Positions 53,883 to 63,064 of a DNA stretch of 64,000 nucleotides are shown here, piece after piece (within the stretch, counting starts at the first letter, position 1; each line of letters opens with the position of its first letter). Under the pieces are notes generated by a model. The model worked only from the letters and a program-made list of their open reading frames with translations. It did not search any database and had not been told where the DNA came from. This stretch comes from an uncultured Syntrophobacterales bacterium (lineage in GTDB: Bacteria; Desulfobacterota; Binatia; UBA9968; JAJDTQ01), in assembly GCA_964438895.1 (NCBI GenBank), contig CAYTMJ010000020.1, forward strand, positions 30,408 to 94,407. Direction: 5' to 3'. The position numbers were made by a program, and so were the translations under genes.

Positions 53883-54311
53883 ATGCGGCACCTAAAGAAA
53901 GGTAGAAAGCTGAATCGTAGCCCTAGCCATCGGTTGGCCTTGTTTCGCAACATGGCAACGTCGCTGTTGCGCCACGATCGGATTACCACTACTGATGCCA
54001 AGGCGAAGGAATTGCGACGCTGGGCAGATTGGCTCGTCACGCTAGGTAAGGATGGTAGTTTGCACGCTCGCCGGCGTGCCCTGGCCTTTGTGCAGGACAA
54101 GGCTGTGGTCGCGCGATTGTTCAACGAAATCGGACCGCGCTTACAAGATCGCAATGGCGGCTACACCAGGATCGTCAAGATCGGACGCCGTCGTGGTGAT
54201 GCGGCACCGCTTTCCGTCATTGAGTTGATTGGGGCAGAGGCTGGGGTACAGACCGGAATGGTAGATGGTGAAGATCCGGTAAGTCGGCCGGCTGCGACTG
54301 CCGAGGCCTGA
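53883..54311 (+). CDS. rplQ: 50S ribosomal protein L17
   Basis: Starts [24 protein letters not shown]. Confidence 0.96.
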   Translation: MRHLKKGRKLNRSPSHRLALFRNMATSLLRHDRITTTDAKAKELRRWADWLVTLGKDGSLHARRRALAFVQDKAVVARLFNEIGPRLQDRNGGYTRIVKIGRRRGDAAPLSVIELIGAEAGVQTGMVDGEDPVSRPAATAEA

Positions 54312-54425
54312 GTGCTTGCCGCCGATCGGCGCACCCTCCTACTGCTGTAACGAAGTTCAGCGCGGAGCCGCCAACGCTCCCGGCTTTTGCACAAGCTAGT
54401 GACAGCTCGCGATTGATTGGTGCAT

Positions 54426-54980
54426 ATGCCCAACCATCGAAAGTTGACGGATGGCGGTCGTATATATTTTAGCCGGCCCCAGCTCGTCTTCGTTGCCGTT
54501 CTGTTTGGGATGGCAACGGTGGCCATCTTTCTTCTCGGTATTCTAATCGGGCAAAGCATCGAGGAACGCAAACTCCTGCGGCACCAGGACGAACTAGTCA
54601 AGGTTCCGGTCGACACCAATCCCAAAAAAGACGATGTCATTACATTCTATGACACGTTGACGAAGCCTAAACCGCCCGTGGTCCCCAAAGTTTCGGAGAA
54701 GTTGAAGGCCGTTCAGGTGCGGCCTTCCTGGACCGTTCAGGTAAATGCTCATCGAAGTCGCGCTACCGCGGACAGTATGGTGACGGAACTCAAGAAGCGT
54801 GGATATAAGGCGTACATTACGGCTGGAAAGCTCAAAACAAAGACCCCGGCCGGAAAGCTTAAAACAAAGACCTTCTACCGGGTCCGGGTTGGACGATATG
54901 GCACCCGCCAGGCAGCCATGGTGGAACTACGGCGGCTCAAGTTGGCAAACTATAAAAATGCAATGATAATGGGGTACTAA
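54426..54980 (+). CDS. SPOR domain-containing membrane protein
   Basis: An N-terminal TM helix (LVFVAVLFGMATVAIFLLGILIG) and a C-terminal SPOR-like domain (WTVQVNAHRSRATADSMVTELKKRGYKAYI...FYRVRVGRYGTRQAA). The start is uncertain: TTG 54417, GTG 54420 or ATG 54426. Confidence 0.75.
   Translation: MPNHRKLTDGGRIYFSRPQLVFVAVLFGMATVAIFLLGILIGQSIEERKLLRHQDELVKVPVDTNPKKDDVITFYDTLTKPKPPVVPKVSEKLKAVQVRPSWTVQVNAHRSRATADSMVTELKKRGYKAYITAGKLKTKTPAGKLKTKTFYRVRVGRYGTRQAAMVELRRLKLANYKNAMIMGY
54822..54875 (+). repeat. in-frame 27-bp tandem duplication (AGKLKTKTP/AGKLKTKTF) inside the SPOR domain
   Basis: GGAAAGCTCAAAACAAAGACC (54825-54845) recurs as GGAAAGCTTAAAACAAAGACC (54852-72). The period is 27 nt, with one synonymous mismatch. 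Confidence 0.9.
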
Positions 54981-55996
54981 TGGACATCCAGCGAGCCATA
55001 GCACGGTTGGTGGGCGGGGTAAATCTCACGGAAGAGGAGATGGTCTCCGTGATGAACGAGGTCATGATGGGCGAGGCTACTCCTATTCAGGTGGGAGCAT
55101 TCCTGACCGCGTTACGCATCCAGGGCGAGACTGTGGAGGAAGTGACTGGCGCGGCCCGGGTAATGAGAGAGAAGGCGCTGCACGTCGATGCAGGCGAAGG
55201 CTGCGTTCTGGACACCTGTGGTACAGGGGGCGACGGGAAGAAAACGTTCAACATTTCCACTACGGTCGCTTTTGTTGTGGCGGCTGCGGGGATTACCGTA
55301 GCCAAACACGGCAATCGAGCGGTGTCCAGTGGTTCGGGCAGCGCAGACGTCCTGGAGGCCCTCGGTGTGAAGATCGACGTGCCAAAGAAGATGGTGGAGC
55401 GATGTTTGCGTGAGGTAGGATTCGGCTTTCTGTTCGCGCCCGCATTGCACGGAGCCATGAAGCACGCTGCAGCTCCGCGCCGGGAGGTGGGTATCCGAAC
55501 TATTTTTAACCTCTTGGGGCCTTTGACCAACCCCGCTGGGGCTAGCCATCAACTCATTGGCATCTATGACGGTACGCTAATCGAGACCGTAGCGCAGGTC
55601 CTGGGGAACCTCGGGAGTCAAAGGGCTATGGTGGTTCATGGCGAGGAGGGTCTCGACGAGATCTCTCTTGGCGGTCCTACCGCCGTGGCCGAGTGGAAGA
55701 ATGGAAGCGTTGCTCGTTACACCATCGACCCCGAGGAATACGGCTTTGACAAGTACCCCGCAGAACTACTCACGGCGGCGGATCCGGGGGAATGCGCAGT
55801 GATTTTGAGAGACATACTCAAGGGTACAATGGGGCCAGCGCGAGACGTGGTTCTGCTCAACGGGGGCGCGGCGCTGTGTGTCGGTGAGCGGGTTGAGACC
55901 ATCGCGGACGGCGTTGGGCTTGCCCGAGAGTGTATTGATTCGGGAGCCGCCCTTCAAAAACTTGAACACTTGATTCGGCTCACCAATGAAGCATGA
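54980..55996 (+). CDS. trpD: anthranilate phosphoribosyltransferase
   Basis: Contains DTCGTGGDGKKTFNIST and KHGNRAVSSGSGSADVLEALG. The ATG shares one nucleotide with the upstream TAA (TAATG). Confidence 0.95.
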   Translation: MDIQRAIARLVGGVNLTEEEMVSVMNEVMMGEATPIQVGAFLTALRIQGETVEEVTGAARVMREKALHVDAGEGCVLDTCGTGGDGKKTFNISTTVAFVVAAAGITVAKHGNRAVSSGSGSADVLEALGVKIDVPKKMVERCLREVGFGFLFAPALHGAMKHAAAPRREVGIRTIFNLLGPLTNPAGASHQLIGIYDGTLIETVAQVLGNLGSQRAMVVHGEEGLDEISLGGPTAVAEWKNGSVARYTIDPEEYGFDKYPAELLTAADPGECAVILRDILKGTMGPARDVVLLNGGAALCVGERVETIADGVGLARECIDSGAALQKLEHLIRLTNEA

Positions 55997-56822
55997 CAGC
56001 AGGTTCCCCGTGAAAAACGATTTTCTGGACCGGATTGTTACGCACGTGCGTGCACACGTCGATTCCCGCCGGAAGGAGTATCCGGTGGAATCTCTTAAGG
56101 CTAGTCCGTTGTATCAACGTCTTCCCCGGGGGTTCCGGGAGGCGTTGTGGCGACCCGGACGACACGTCATCGCTGAGGTGAAACGTGCTTCGCCCTCTCA
56201 AGGCATGATTCGCGAGGATTTTGAACCCGTCACCATAGCGTCTAGTTATGAAAATAATGGCGCGGACGCCCTTTCCGTTGTAACCGAAGAAAGGTTCTTC
56301 CACGGTTCCCTTAGCTATTTGTCCGATATCAGGGCGAAGGTATCCCTGCCTCTTCTCAGAAAGGACTTTGTGGTTGACGGTTATCAGCTTGTCGAAGCGC
56401 GCAGTTTTGGTGCTGATGCTGTTCTCCTCATCGCTGCGATACTCGATGAAGGAGAACTGGCAATGCTTCACGCTGAGGCCCGATCCCTTTCCTTGGATGT
56501 GCTGGTGGAGGTACACTCGGAAACAGAGTTGGAGGTAGCGCTTGAGATTGGAGCTTCCATGGTTGGTATCAACAATCGTGATTTGCATACTTTCCAAGTG
56601 GACCTCGCGGTTGCGGAATCCCTGTTGCCCCGAATCCCCCCCCGCGTACTAGCGGTATGCGAGAGCGGCATCAAGGAAGTCCGTCACGTGGAACGGCTTG
56701 AGGCTTCTGGGGGTAGAGTGTTTTTGATAGGCGAAACCCTAATGCGCTCCCCCAACCCTGGGGCCAAGTTGGCAGAACTTCTGGGGACGGATGTCGCCGC
56801 CCAACGCCATGGTCAAGGTTAA
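55986..56822 (+). CDS. trpC: indole-3-glycerol phosphate synthase
   Basis: Contains IAEVKRASPSQG, LRKDFVVDGYQL and GINNRDL. Confidence 0.94.
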   Translation: MKHDSRFPVKNDFLDRIVTHVRAHVDSRRKEYPVESLKASPLYQRLPRGFREALWRPGRHVIAEVKRASPSQGMIREDFEPVTIASSYENNGADALSVVTEERFFHGSLSYLSDIRAKVSLPLLRKDFVVDGYQLVEARSFGADAVLLIAAILDEGELAMLHAEARSLSLDVLVEVHSETELEVALEIGASMVGINNRDLHTFQVDLAVAESLLPRIPPRVLAVCESGIKEVRHVERLEASGGRVFLIGETLMRSPNPGAKLAELLGTDVAAQRHGQG

Positions 56823-57432
56823 GATCTGCGGGGTTACCAATCCGGATGACGCATTGAGGGCCGTGGAATACGGTGCCGACGCACTTGGTTTCAACTTCTT
56901 TCCGCGCAGTCCCAGGTATATCCAACCTGAAGATGCGGCGTTAATCCTTCGGGAGTTGCCCGCGGGGATCTGTACCGCTGGGCTCTTCGTTAACGAGACT
57001 CGGCCGCATGTAAAATCCGTTTTGCGGGCGTGTCGTTCTCAAGGAAGCTCCGGATTAACAGCCGCGCAGTTTCACGGGGATGAGGACTCGAAGTATTGCA
57101 CGCGTTGGCCGCTAAAGGTCATCAAGGCGTTTCGCGTGCGCAACGCTGAGACCATTCGGAAGATTGGTGAGTATCCAGTCGACTACTATCTCTTTGACTC
57201 CTGGAGTCCTGGATTCGGCGGGTCAGGATCTACCTTCGCGTGGGGATGGTTAGACATCCCTGTGGCGCGCCCCGTAATCCTTGCGGGGGGACTCGATGTT
57301 AAGAACGTGAGCTTAGCTGTGCGTGAGTTGAGGCCCTTTGGCGTGGACGTCTGCACCGGTGTTGAAGCGACCCCGGGACGCAAGGACCACCAGCGGATGA
57401 AGGACTTCATCGCGGCAGCAAAGGCGGAATGA
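56809..57432 (+). CDS. trpF: phosphoribosylanthranilate isomerase
   Basis: Starts MVKVKICGVTNPDDA and contains QFHGDE and LAGGL. The start is ATG 56809. Confidence 0.92.
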   Translation: MVKVKICGVTNPDDALRAVEYGADALGFNFFPRSPRYIQPEDAALILRELPAGICTAGLFVNETRPHVKSVLRACRSQGSSGLTAAQFHGDEDSKYCTRWPLKVIKAFRVRNAETIRKIGEYPVDYYLFDSWSPGFGGSGSTFAWGWLDIPVARPVILAGGLDVKNVSLAVRELRPFGVDVCTGVEATPGRKDHQRMKDFIAAAKAE

Positions 57433-57463
57433 TCGGCCGCGGAGTACGGCCGGTCCGGATGTC

Positions 57464-58762
57464 GTGAGTTCCTATAAGAAGAGTCTCGACTTCATTTTTA
57501 ATCTTCGCGGGGCCGAGATCGACCTGCGACTCGGACGCGTGGCGAGGGCGTTGTCGCTGTTCGACGACCCACAGAACCGATTCAGGACCTATCATATCGC
57601 CGGAACCAACGGTAAGGGCTCTACGGCCGCAATGGTCCATTCGGTGTTGTCCGCGGCGGGTTACCGCGTGGGACTCTATACCTCCCCGCATCTGGCCGAT
57701 TTCACCGAAAGAATTCGAGTTGGAAAGAGGCGTATCTCTCAGGTTGTTGTGACACGCCTTGTCAACGAGGTCGCTCAGCGGATGGGCCAGGAAGGCCTTT
57801 GTCTGACGTTCTTTGAGTTCGCCACGGTGATGGCCTTTCTTCACTTTGCCCGGGAGGGGGTGGAGGCTGCAGTAGTGGAGGTTGGTCTCGGGGGACGGCT
57901 TGACGCTACCAACGTGGTGCAGTCGAGTGTTAGTGTGATCACCACAATTTCTAGAGACCACGAGCGGTTCCTCGGAAAGCGTATCACGTCCATCGCTAGG
58001 GAGAAGGGGGGTATAATCAAACCTGGGGTTCCGTTGGTATGTGGTGTTCTGCCCGCTGCGGCGCAACGTGCCATAAATGTGATAGCGCGCTCTGCCGGTG
58101 TTGTGGTTCGTCAGTCAGGTAAGGACTTTACTGTGACACCCCATGACCCTTCGTTGTTCGACTATCGCGGGCAAGAATGGGTATTAGAAGGCCTTAGACT
58201 TAATCTTGGCGGCGAGTATCAATTGCACAATGCCGGAGTCGCGCTGGCATCCTTGGAGACGCTCAGGACCGCCGTGCCTGTGAGGGAACAATCGATCCGC
58301 TCGGGCTTGGCCTCGGTGGTCTGGCCAGGACGGTTCGAGGTGTTCCCCGGGCGACCTACGGTGATTCTTGACGGCGCACACAATGATGGTGCGGTGAAGA
58401 CCCTTGTATACGAAATTCGAAAGCGGTTTGGAAAAAGGAAGGTTCGTTTGTTGTTTGGCAGCATGGTCGATAAGGACTGGTCAGCCATGTTGATTGCGCT
58501 CTGCGCGATTTCGAGGGAAGTCGTGTTGACGCGAGTCGAATCCGAGAGGGGCGCCGATCCCAGCTTGCTCCGTTCGGTAGTGCCCCGGGACTTGTCGGCT
58601 AGGACCGCCAGTGATCCCGTTACAGCCATTTCGAGCCTTGTGTCGGAGCGGCAAAAACGGGATGCTCCGATTCTCGTGGCCGGGTCCCTTTATCTCGTGG
58701 GTGCGGTTCGCGCTAAGGCGCTTGAACTAATGGCGCAATCGGCCGGACATTCTGGAGGGTAG
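57464..58762 (+). CDS. folC: bifunctional folylpolyglutamate synthase/dihydrofolate synthase
   Basis: Mur-ligase P-loop HIAGTNGKGSTA, plus ITTISRDHERFLG and LDGAHN. Confidence 0.92.
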   Translation: MSSYKKSLDFIFNLRGAEIDLRLGRVARALSLFDDPQNRFRTYHIAGTNGKGSTAAMVHSVLSAAGYRVGLYTSPHLADFTERIRVGKRRISQVVVTRLVNEVAQRMGQEGLCLTFFEFATVMAFLHFAREGVEAAVVEVGLGGRLDATNVVQSSVSVITTISRDHERFLGKRITSIAREKGGIIKPGVPLVCGVLPAAAQRAINVIARSAGVVVRQSGKDFTVTPHDPSLFDYRGQEWVLEGLRLNLGGEYQLHNAGVALASLETLRTAVPVREQSIRSGLASVVWPGRFEVFPGRPTVILDGAHNDGAVKTLVYEIRKRFGKRKVRLLFGSMVDKDWSAMLIALCAISREVVLTRVESERGADPSLLRSVVPRDLSARTASDPVTAISSLVSERQKRDAPILVAGSLYLVGAVRAKALELMAQSAGHSGG

Positions 58763-58763
58763 A

Positions 58764-61055
58764 GTGTCGAACACGCAACAGTCAAGGTCACACATCGGCG
58801 TCATCGTATGTTTGCTAATGTGGTGGACCGTGTTGTTGCTTGTTCCCATAGCGGAGGGTCAGTTCGAAGAAGGCTCTGACCGTATGGAAGTTTCGGCGGG
58901 AGAGTCCATTGAGATAGGCCGCGGGGGCGATACCGTCAAGGCCCGTGGCAACGTGGAGATCCGACAGCGGGCGAGGGTTTTTGGAGCCGATACGATGGAG
59001 TTTCGGCGGTCGACGCGGACGCTGCGAGCTGAGGGTTCAGTGTTTTTCCTTGATCCGCGGTATCGGCTGGAGGCTTCTCGGCTCGAGATGAACCTGGAGG
59101 ACGAGACGGCCACGATGTTGGATGCGGATGTCTTCATCGAGCAAGGGCATCTTAGCCTCAGCGGAAAGAGGCTGGAGAAATTTACGGGACAGGTCTATGA
59201 GGCGGAGGAGGGCCGTTTCACTACATGCCTCTGCGAGGTTGGCTCCCCTCCGTGGAGCGTAGGCGCCCGTGCGCTTCGGTTGCGTCGGGGGGGTGAAGTG
59301 ACAGCGGACGATGCTACGTTCTACATTTACGACGTTCCCGTCCTTTCTCTACCGTACGTGTACTTTCCTCATCTTTCCGAACGCACCACCGGACTGCTTT
59401 TCCCGTCCTTCGGCTGGTCCAACCAGGATGGGCTGATGTACCGGCAGCCTTTCTTCTGGGCCCCCGACAAGAGTAGCGATGTAACCCTCGATCTAGCCGT
59501 TGAGTCTAAGACGCGCGTTGGCATTGGCGGGCAGTATCGTACCGTTCTCAATTCCACGACCGATGGACGGTTAGATCTCGCTTACGTCAGCGAACGGATG
59601 CGGGGTAGTGGTTCAAGGGTGGTAGCAGACGGGGAAATAGCGGATCCGGAGATTCCGCTAGACCGCTGGAACGTCCTGTTGACACACCGGCATCGCGATG
59701 CTTCGGGTTGGATCACATACAGCGATGTAGCGCTCTACAGTGACAGTTTGGCCACTCGTGAGTTGATGAACTTTTCTGGATTCAGCGATGGTGCGGGAAG
59801 TCTGATCCGAACCAGCCGCCATAGCCTCGCCCGGCTAGGTTTCTACCGCCATGAGTCGGCAATGACGCTTGAGGGAGCGGTGGATTACCAGCAGGATCTG
59901 GTCCAGCCACAGGAGCACGTACTTCATCGGATTCCCCACCTCGCCTTCCGCGGCAGTCGTACACTAGACAACCGCTTTGATTTTGGCTGGGACATGCAGC
60001 TAACAAACTTCGTTCGCGAGGAGCTCACCGACGGCCTAAGAGTCGATATGCGTCCCCAGTTGACGTGGCCGATGATCGTCGGCCGCCACTATAGACTGGC
60101 TACGAGTGTTGCACTGCGTGAAACCCTTTATCGGCTCAACGAGCTTGAAAGCAACTTTGCGAGAAGCAGTTCCCGTGAGTTGTTGGAGCTTCGAGGAAGC
60201 CTCACCACTTCGTTGACCCGGATGTATAACTGGAACAAGGGTATGTGGACTCGGGGGCGACACGTGATTGAGCCATCTATTGAGTATCTGTTTATCCCAT
60301 CGACCGATCAGAGTCGCATGCCGATTTGGGATAGCATCGACCGGATCAATCGCCGTAATCTGTTGACGGTTGCGTTTGCCAATCGTTTCTGGGGTGTGCG
60401 CACGTCGAGTGGCACAACCCGCGGTGTCGCCCACATTGATGGCGGAGAATATAGGACGGCGCATCAATTTGCTCGGGCCCGGGTGGGTGTGAGCTTTGAC
60501 TTTGATCAGTCGCGTAAGGGAAGTGACGGTTTGTCTGATATTGACATGGGCCTTCGCCTCGATCCCACGCCCAACATCGGCATAGACGCAGCATTGGGCA
60601 TGGATCCCGGCCCATGGAATCTCCAACAAGCTGCGCTGGGGTTTTCGCTGTCTGGCGACCCTTCCATTGGGACAAGGAAATCCGATAAGGATTTCGGGCG
60701 CCCCGATAGTTTGTCCCTGACGTATCGTTACATTCGCGAGAATCCACTATCGCAGCTTGCCCAGTATGCCAATCTCGTAACGGGCGAGGACTGCCCTGGG
60801 GCCGGAGAATGCCCTCGGCGGGAGCCTCTGAACGGTATTGAGGCCAACGTTCTGTTCCACGTGACCGATCATGTGTTGTTACTCTACGATGGTGGTTACG
60901 ATGGAGCTACGGGCCGAATGGGTACGAATCGAGGGGCCGTCAAGTATCTCTCGAAGTGTCAATGTTGGACTGCTACGGCATCTGTCGACAGACAGATCAA
61001 CCCGCATCGAACCGTCTTTGCATTGAAATTCAATTTGTTGGGCTTGGGTTCGTAG
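58764..61055 (+). CDS. lptD: LPS-assembly outer-membrane protein LptD (OstA family)
   Basis: N-terminal signal-like segment, an OstA-like N-terminal region (GDTVKARGNVEIRQ), then a large beta-rich C-terminal part. GTG start 1 nt after the folC stop. Confidence 0.85.
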   Translation: MSNTQQSRSHIGVIVCLLMWWTVLLLVPIAEGQFEEGSDRMEVSAGESIEIGRGGDTVKARGNVEIRQRARVFGADTMEFRRSTRTLRAEGSVFFLDPRYRLEASRLEMNLEDETATMLDADVFIEQGHLSLSGKRLEKFTGQVYEAEEGRFTTCLCEVGSPPWSVGARALRLRRGGEVTADDATFYIYDVPVLSLPYVYFPHLSERTTGLLFPSFGWSNQDGLMYRQPFFWAPDKSSDVTLDLAVESKTRVGIGGQYRTVLNSTTDGRLDLAYVSERMRGSGSRVVADGEIADPEIPLDRWNVLLTHRHRDASGWITYSDVALYSDSLATRELMNFSGFSDGAGSLIRTSRHSLARLGFYRHESAMTLEGAVDYQQDLVQPQEHVLHRIPHLAFRGSRTLDNRFDFGWDMQLTNFVREELTDGLRVDMRPQLTWPMIVGRHYRLATSVALRETLYRLNELESNFARSSSRELLELRGSLTTSLTRMYNWNKGMWTRGRHVIEPSIEYLFIPSTDQSRMPIWDSIDRINRRNLLTVAFANRFWGVRTSSGTTRGVAHIDGGEYRTAHQFARARVGVSFDFDQSRKGSDGLSDIDMGLRLDPTPNIGIDAALGMDPGPWNLQQAALGFSLSGDPSIGTRKSDKDFGRPDSLSLTYRYIRENPLSQLAQYANLVTGEDCPGAGECPRREPLNGIEANVLFHVTDHVLLLYDGGYDGATGRMGTNRGAVKYLSKCQCWTATASVDRQINPHRTVFALKFNLLGLGS

Positions 61056-61211
61056 TAGTTTTCACCTACCGGATCGTATTTCTGTGAACCACCACTCGGC
61101 TGCCTGTCCGATGGTGGCATTCCAAAGAAGTCGTGGCCGTGACGACTCCGCTTTATCTAAGGGTGGATGGCCGGATGCTCTCTGTGAATCCTCGACCATC
61201 GTGCGAAGACC

Positions 61212-61234
61212 CAAGAAGACATGTTCTTGTTTTT
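61212..61234 (+). terminator. weak terminator-like hairpin downstream of lptD
   Basis: CAAGAA (61212-17) / TTCTTG (61224-29) with a 6-nt loop, followed by TTTTT. The stem is AT-rich and only 6 bp. Confidence 0.3.
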
Positions 61235-61278
61235 AGAACTGTCTCGACTGAGCTAAGTTTTTTTGAGAGGATTGGGGA

Positions 61279-62631
61279 TTACAGATTGCGGGGTGGCTTT
61301 CGGTGTTTTTTTGTGTCCCAGGATTTGAGCCTCTCCCGGATGATCTTTTCAAATCCTTCGTCACTTGGTTGGTAATAACGGCGGTCCTTAAGCTCCGGCG
61401 GTAGATATTCCTGTTCCGTGACGTGACCGGGAGAGTCATGCGGGTAACGGTAATTCGCTCCATAGCCCAGGGATTTCATGAGGCCGGTGGGGGCGTTCCT
61501 GAGGTGGAGGGGTGTAGGCAGGGCTCCTTGTTCGCGCACATCTCGGGTTGTGTCGACTAAGGCCCGATAGGACGCATTGGACTTGGGTGCGGTCGCCAGG
61601 TACACGGCCGCCTGGGTCATTGGGATCCTTCCCTCCGGCATTCCAACGAAGTGGAACGCGTCCTTTGCGGCAACGGCTACTTGTAGGGCCTGTGGGTCGG
61701 CGATGCCGACATCCTCGGCTGCGAAAATGACCATCCGTCTGGCGATAAAAAGGGGGTCCTCTCCGCCTTCGATCATGCGTACCATCCAGTATACTGCGGC
61801 ATCGGGATCACTGCCGCGAAGGCTCTTGATGAATGCGGAGGTCAGGTTGTAGTGCTCTTCGCCTGATTTGTCATAGTGGGGCACTCGACGTTGCAGGGCT
61901 TGCTCAACGTGGATCAATTCGATGTGGGTGGTTTCGGAGTCATTGCGCGCCAGTGTGTGCGCCCCTTCAAGGCCGTTCAGCGCCATCCGAGCGTCCCCTT
62001 GTGCCCACTGGGCTAGCACTGCACGGGCCTCTTCGGTGATTCCGAGGTCTTTGTCCCAAAGCCCCCGTCCACGTTCCGCCACAGCCCGGTCTACGATTTG
62101 TGTCAGCGTGTCCTCGGTCAAGGGATGCATGACGCAGACCTGGGAACGGGAGAGTAAGGGGGAGATTAATTCGAAGGAGGGGTTTTCGGTAGTTGCGCCG
62201 ATTAGGGTCATCAGTCCGGCTTCAATGTGAGGAAGGAAGGTATCCTGCTGCGATTTGTTGAGGTGGTGGATCTCGTCCACCAGGAGGGCTACCGGGATGT
62301 CGCTACGTTGTAGCCGCTTTGCGTCGGGGAGAAGGCTCTTGAGTTCCCGTACGCCCGAGGTCACTGCGGAGAACTGGATGCAGTGTGCGTTACATGCATG
62401 CGCGAGAAGCCTAGCGAGGGTTGTTTTTCCACATCCCGAGGGTCCCCAAAGAATAATGGACTGAAGGTGGCCGGTCTCGGCCATACCACGGAGCAGCTTT
62501 CCGACCCCCAGGAGGTGCTCCTGCCCCAGTACCTCCTTGAGGCTAGATGGCCGCATTCGTTCCGCTAGGGGTGCGTTTTTCCCTGTGGTGCCAGAATTCG
62601 TGGACTCGAACAGTTCCACAGCGTCATTCAT
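61279..62631 (-). CDS. rarA: replication-associated recombination protein A (AAA+ ATPase RarA/MgsA)
   Basis: Contains Walker A LWGPSGCGKTTLARLLA, Walker B LLVDEIHHLNKSQQD and the MgsA C-terminal region (YLPPEL). The start is ATG 62631 (MNDAVELF). The longer ORF to 62799 overlaps rplS. Confidence 0.92.
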   Translation of the reverse strand: MNDAVELFESTNSGTTGKNAPLAERMRPSSLKEVLGQEHLLGVGKLLRGMAETGHLQSIILWGPSGCGKTTLARLLAHACNAHCIQFSAVTSGVRELKSLLPDAKRLQRSDIPVALLVDEIHHLNKSQQDTFLPHIEAGLMTLIGATTENPSFELISPLLSRSQVCVMHPLTEDTLTQIVDRAVAERGRGLWDKDLGITEEARAVLAQWAQGDARMALNGLEGAHTLARNDSETTHIELIHVEQALQRRVPHYDKSGEEHYNLTSAFIKSLRGSDPDAAVYWMVRMIEGGEDPLFIARRMVIFAAEDVGIADPQALQVAVAAKDAFHFVGMPEGRIPMTQAAVYLATAPKSNASYRALVDTTRDVREQGALPTPLHLRNAPTGLMKSLGYGANYRYPHDSPGHVTEQEYLPPELKDRRYYQPSDEGFEKIIRERLKSWDTKKHRKPPRNL

Positions 62632-62707
62632 TCGGGCCGAGGCCGCACAGGCTGCTGGATGGTTGCTACGTTGGTGGGAGTTGAGGCCGAAGCTCGCCCG
62701 AAAGCCG

Positions 62708-63064
62708 TCAGCGGGATGCCCGCGGCCTGCGGTCTTCTTCCAGACGTGCGCGCCTTCCCGAGAGATTCCGTAGATAGTACAACTTGGCCCGACGGACACG
62801 ACCTTGCGTGATGATCTCGACTTTCTCGATGCGTGGCGAGTGGCGGGGGAAGATTCGCTCTACTCCAACGCCGTACGATATTTTGCGTACTACGAATGTT
62901 TCGCGATTACCGCTACCGGAGATGGCAATCACCACGCCTTCGAAGACCTGGGTACGCTCTTTCTCACCCTCTAAGATGCGGACGTGGACGCGGACCCGTT
63001 GCCCGGCCTTGAGCGTTGGGATTTGGCGTGTTTGCTCGTGTTCGATTCGGTCGATGACGTTCAT
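62708..63064 (-). CDS. rplS: 50S ribosomal protein L19
   Basis: Starts [11 protein letters not shown] and contains [31 protein letters not shown] overlap with the upstream trmD-fusion ORF. Confidence 0.96.
   Translation of the reverse strand: MNVIDRIEHEQTRQIPTLKAGQRVRVHVRILEGEKERTQVFEGVVIAISGSGNRETFVVRKISYGVGVERIFPRHSPRIEKVEIITQGRVRRAKLYYLRNLSGRRARLEEDRRPRASR

Noticed and set aside
54312-54425. A terminator after rplQ (AGCCG-loop-CGGCT followed by TTTT near 54368-54395, and the palindrome CGCCGATCGGCG near 54320).
   Set aside because: The stems are only 5-6 bp with a 10-nt loop or no loop. That is too weak to call.
61133-61375. An 80-aa plus-strand ORF in the lptD-rarA gap.
   Set aside because: It has no SD and runs about 100 nt into the 3' end of rarA on the opposite strand. 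The composition is odd and no motif is recognisable.
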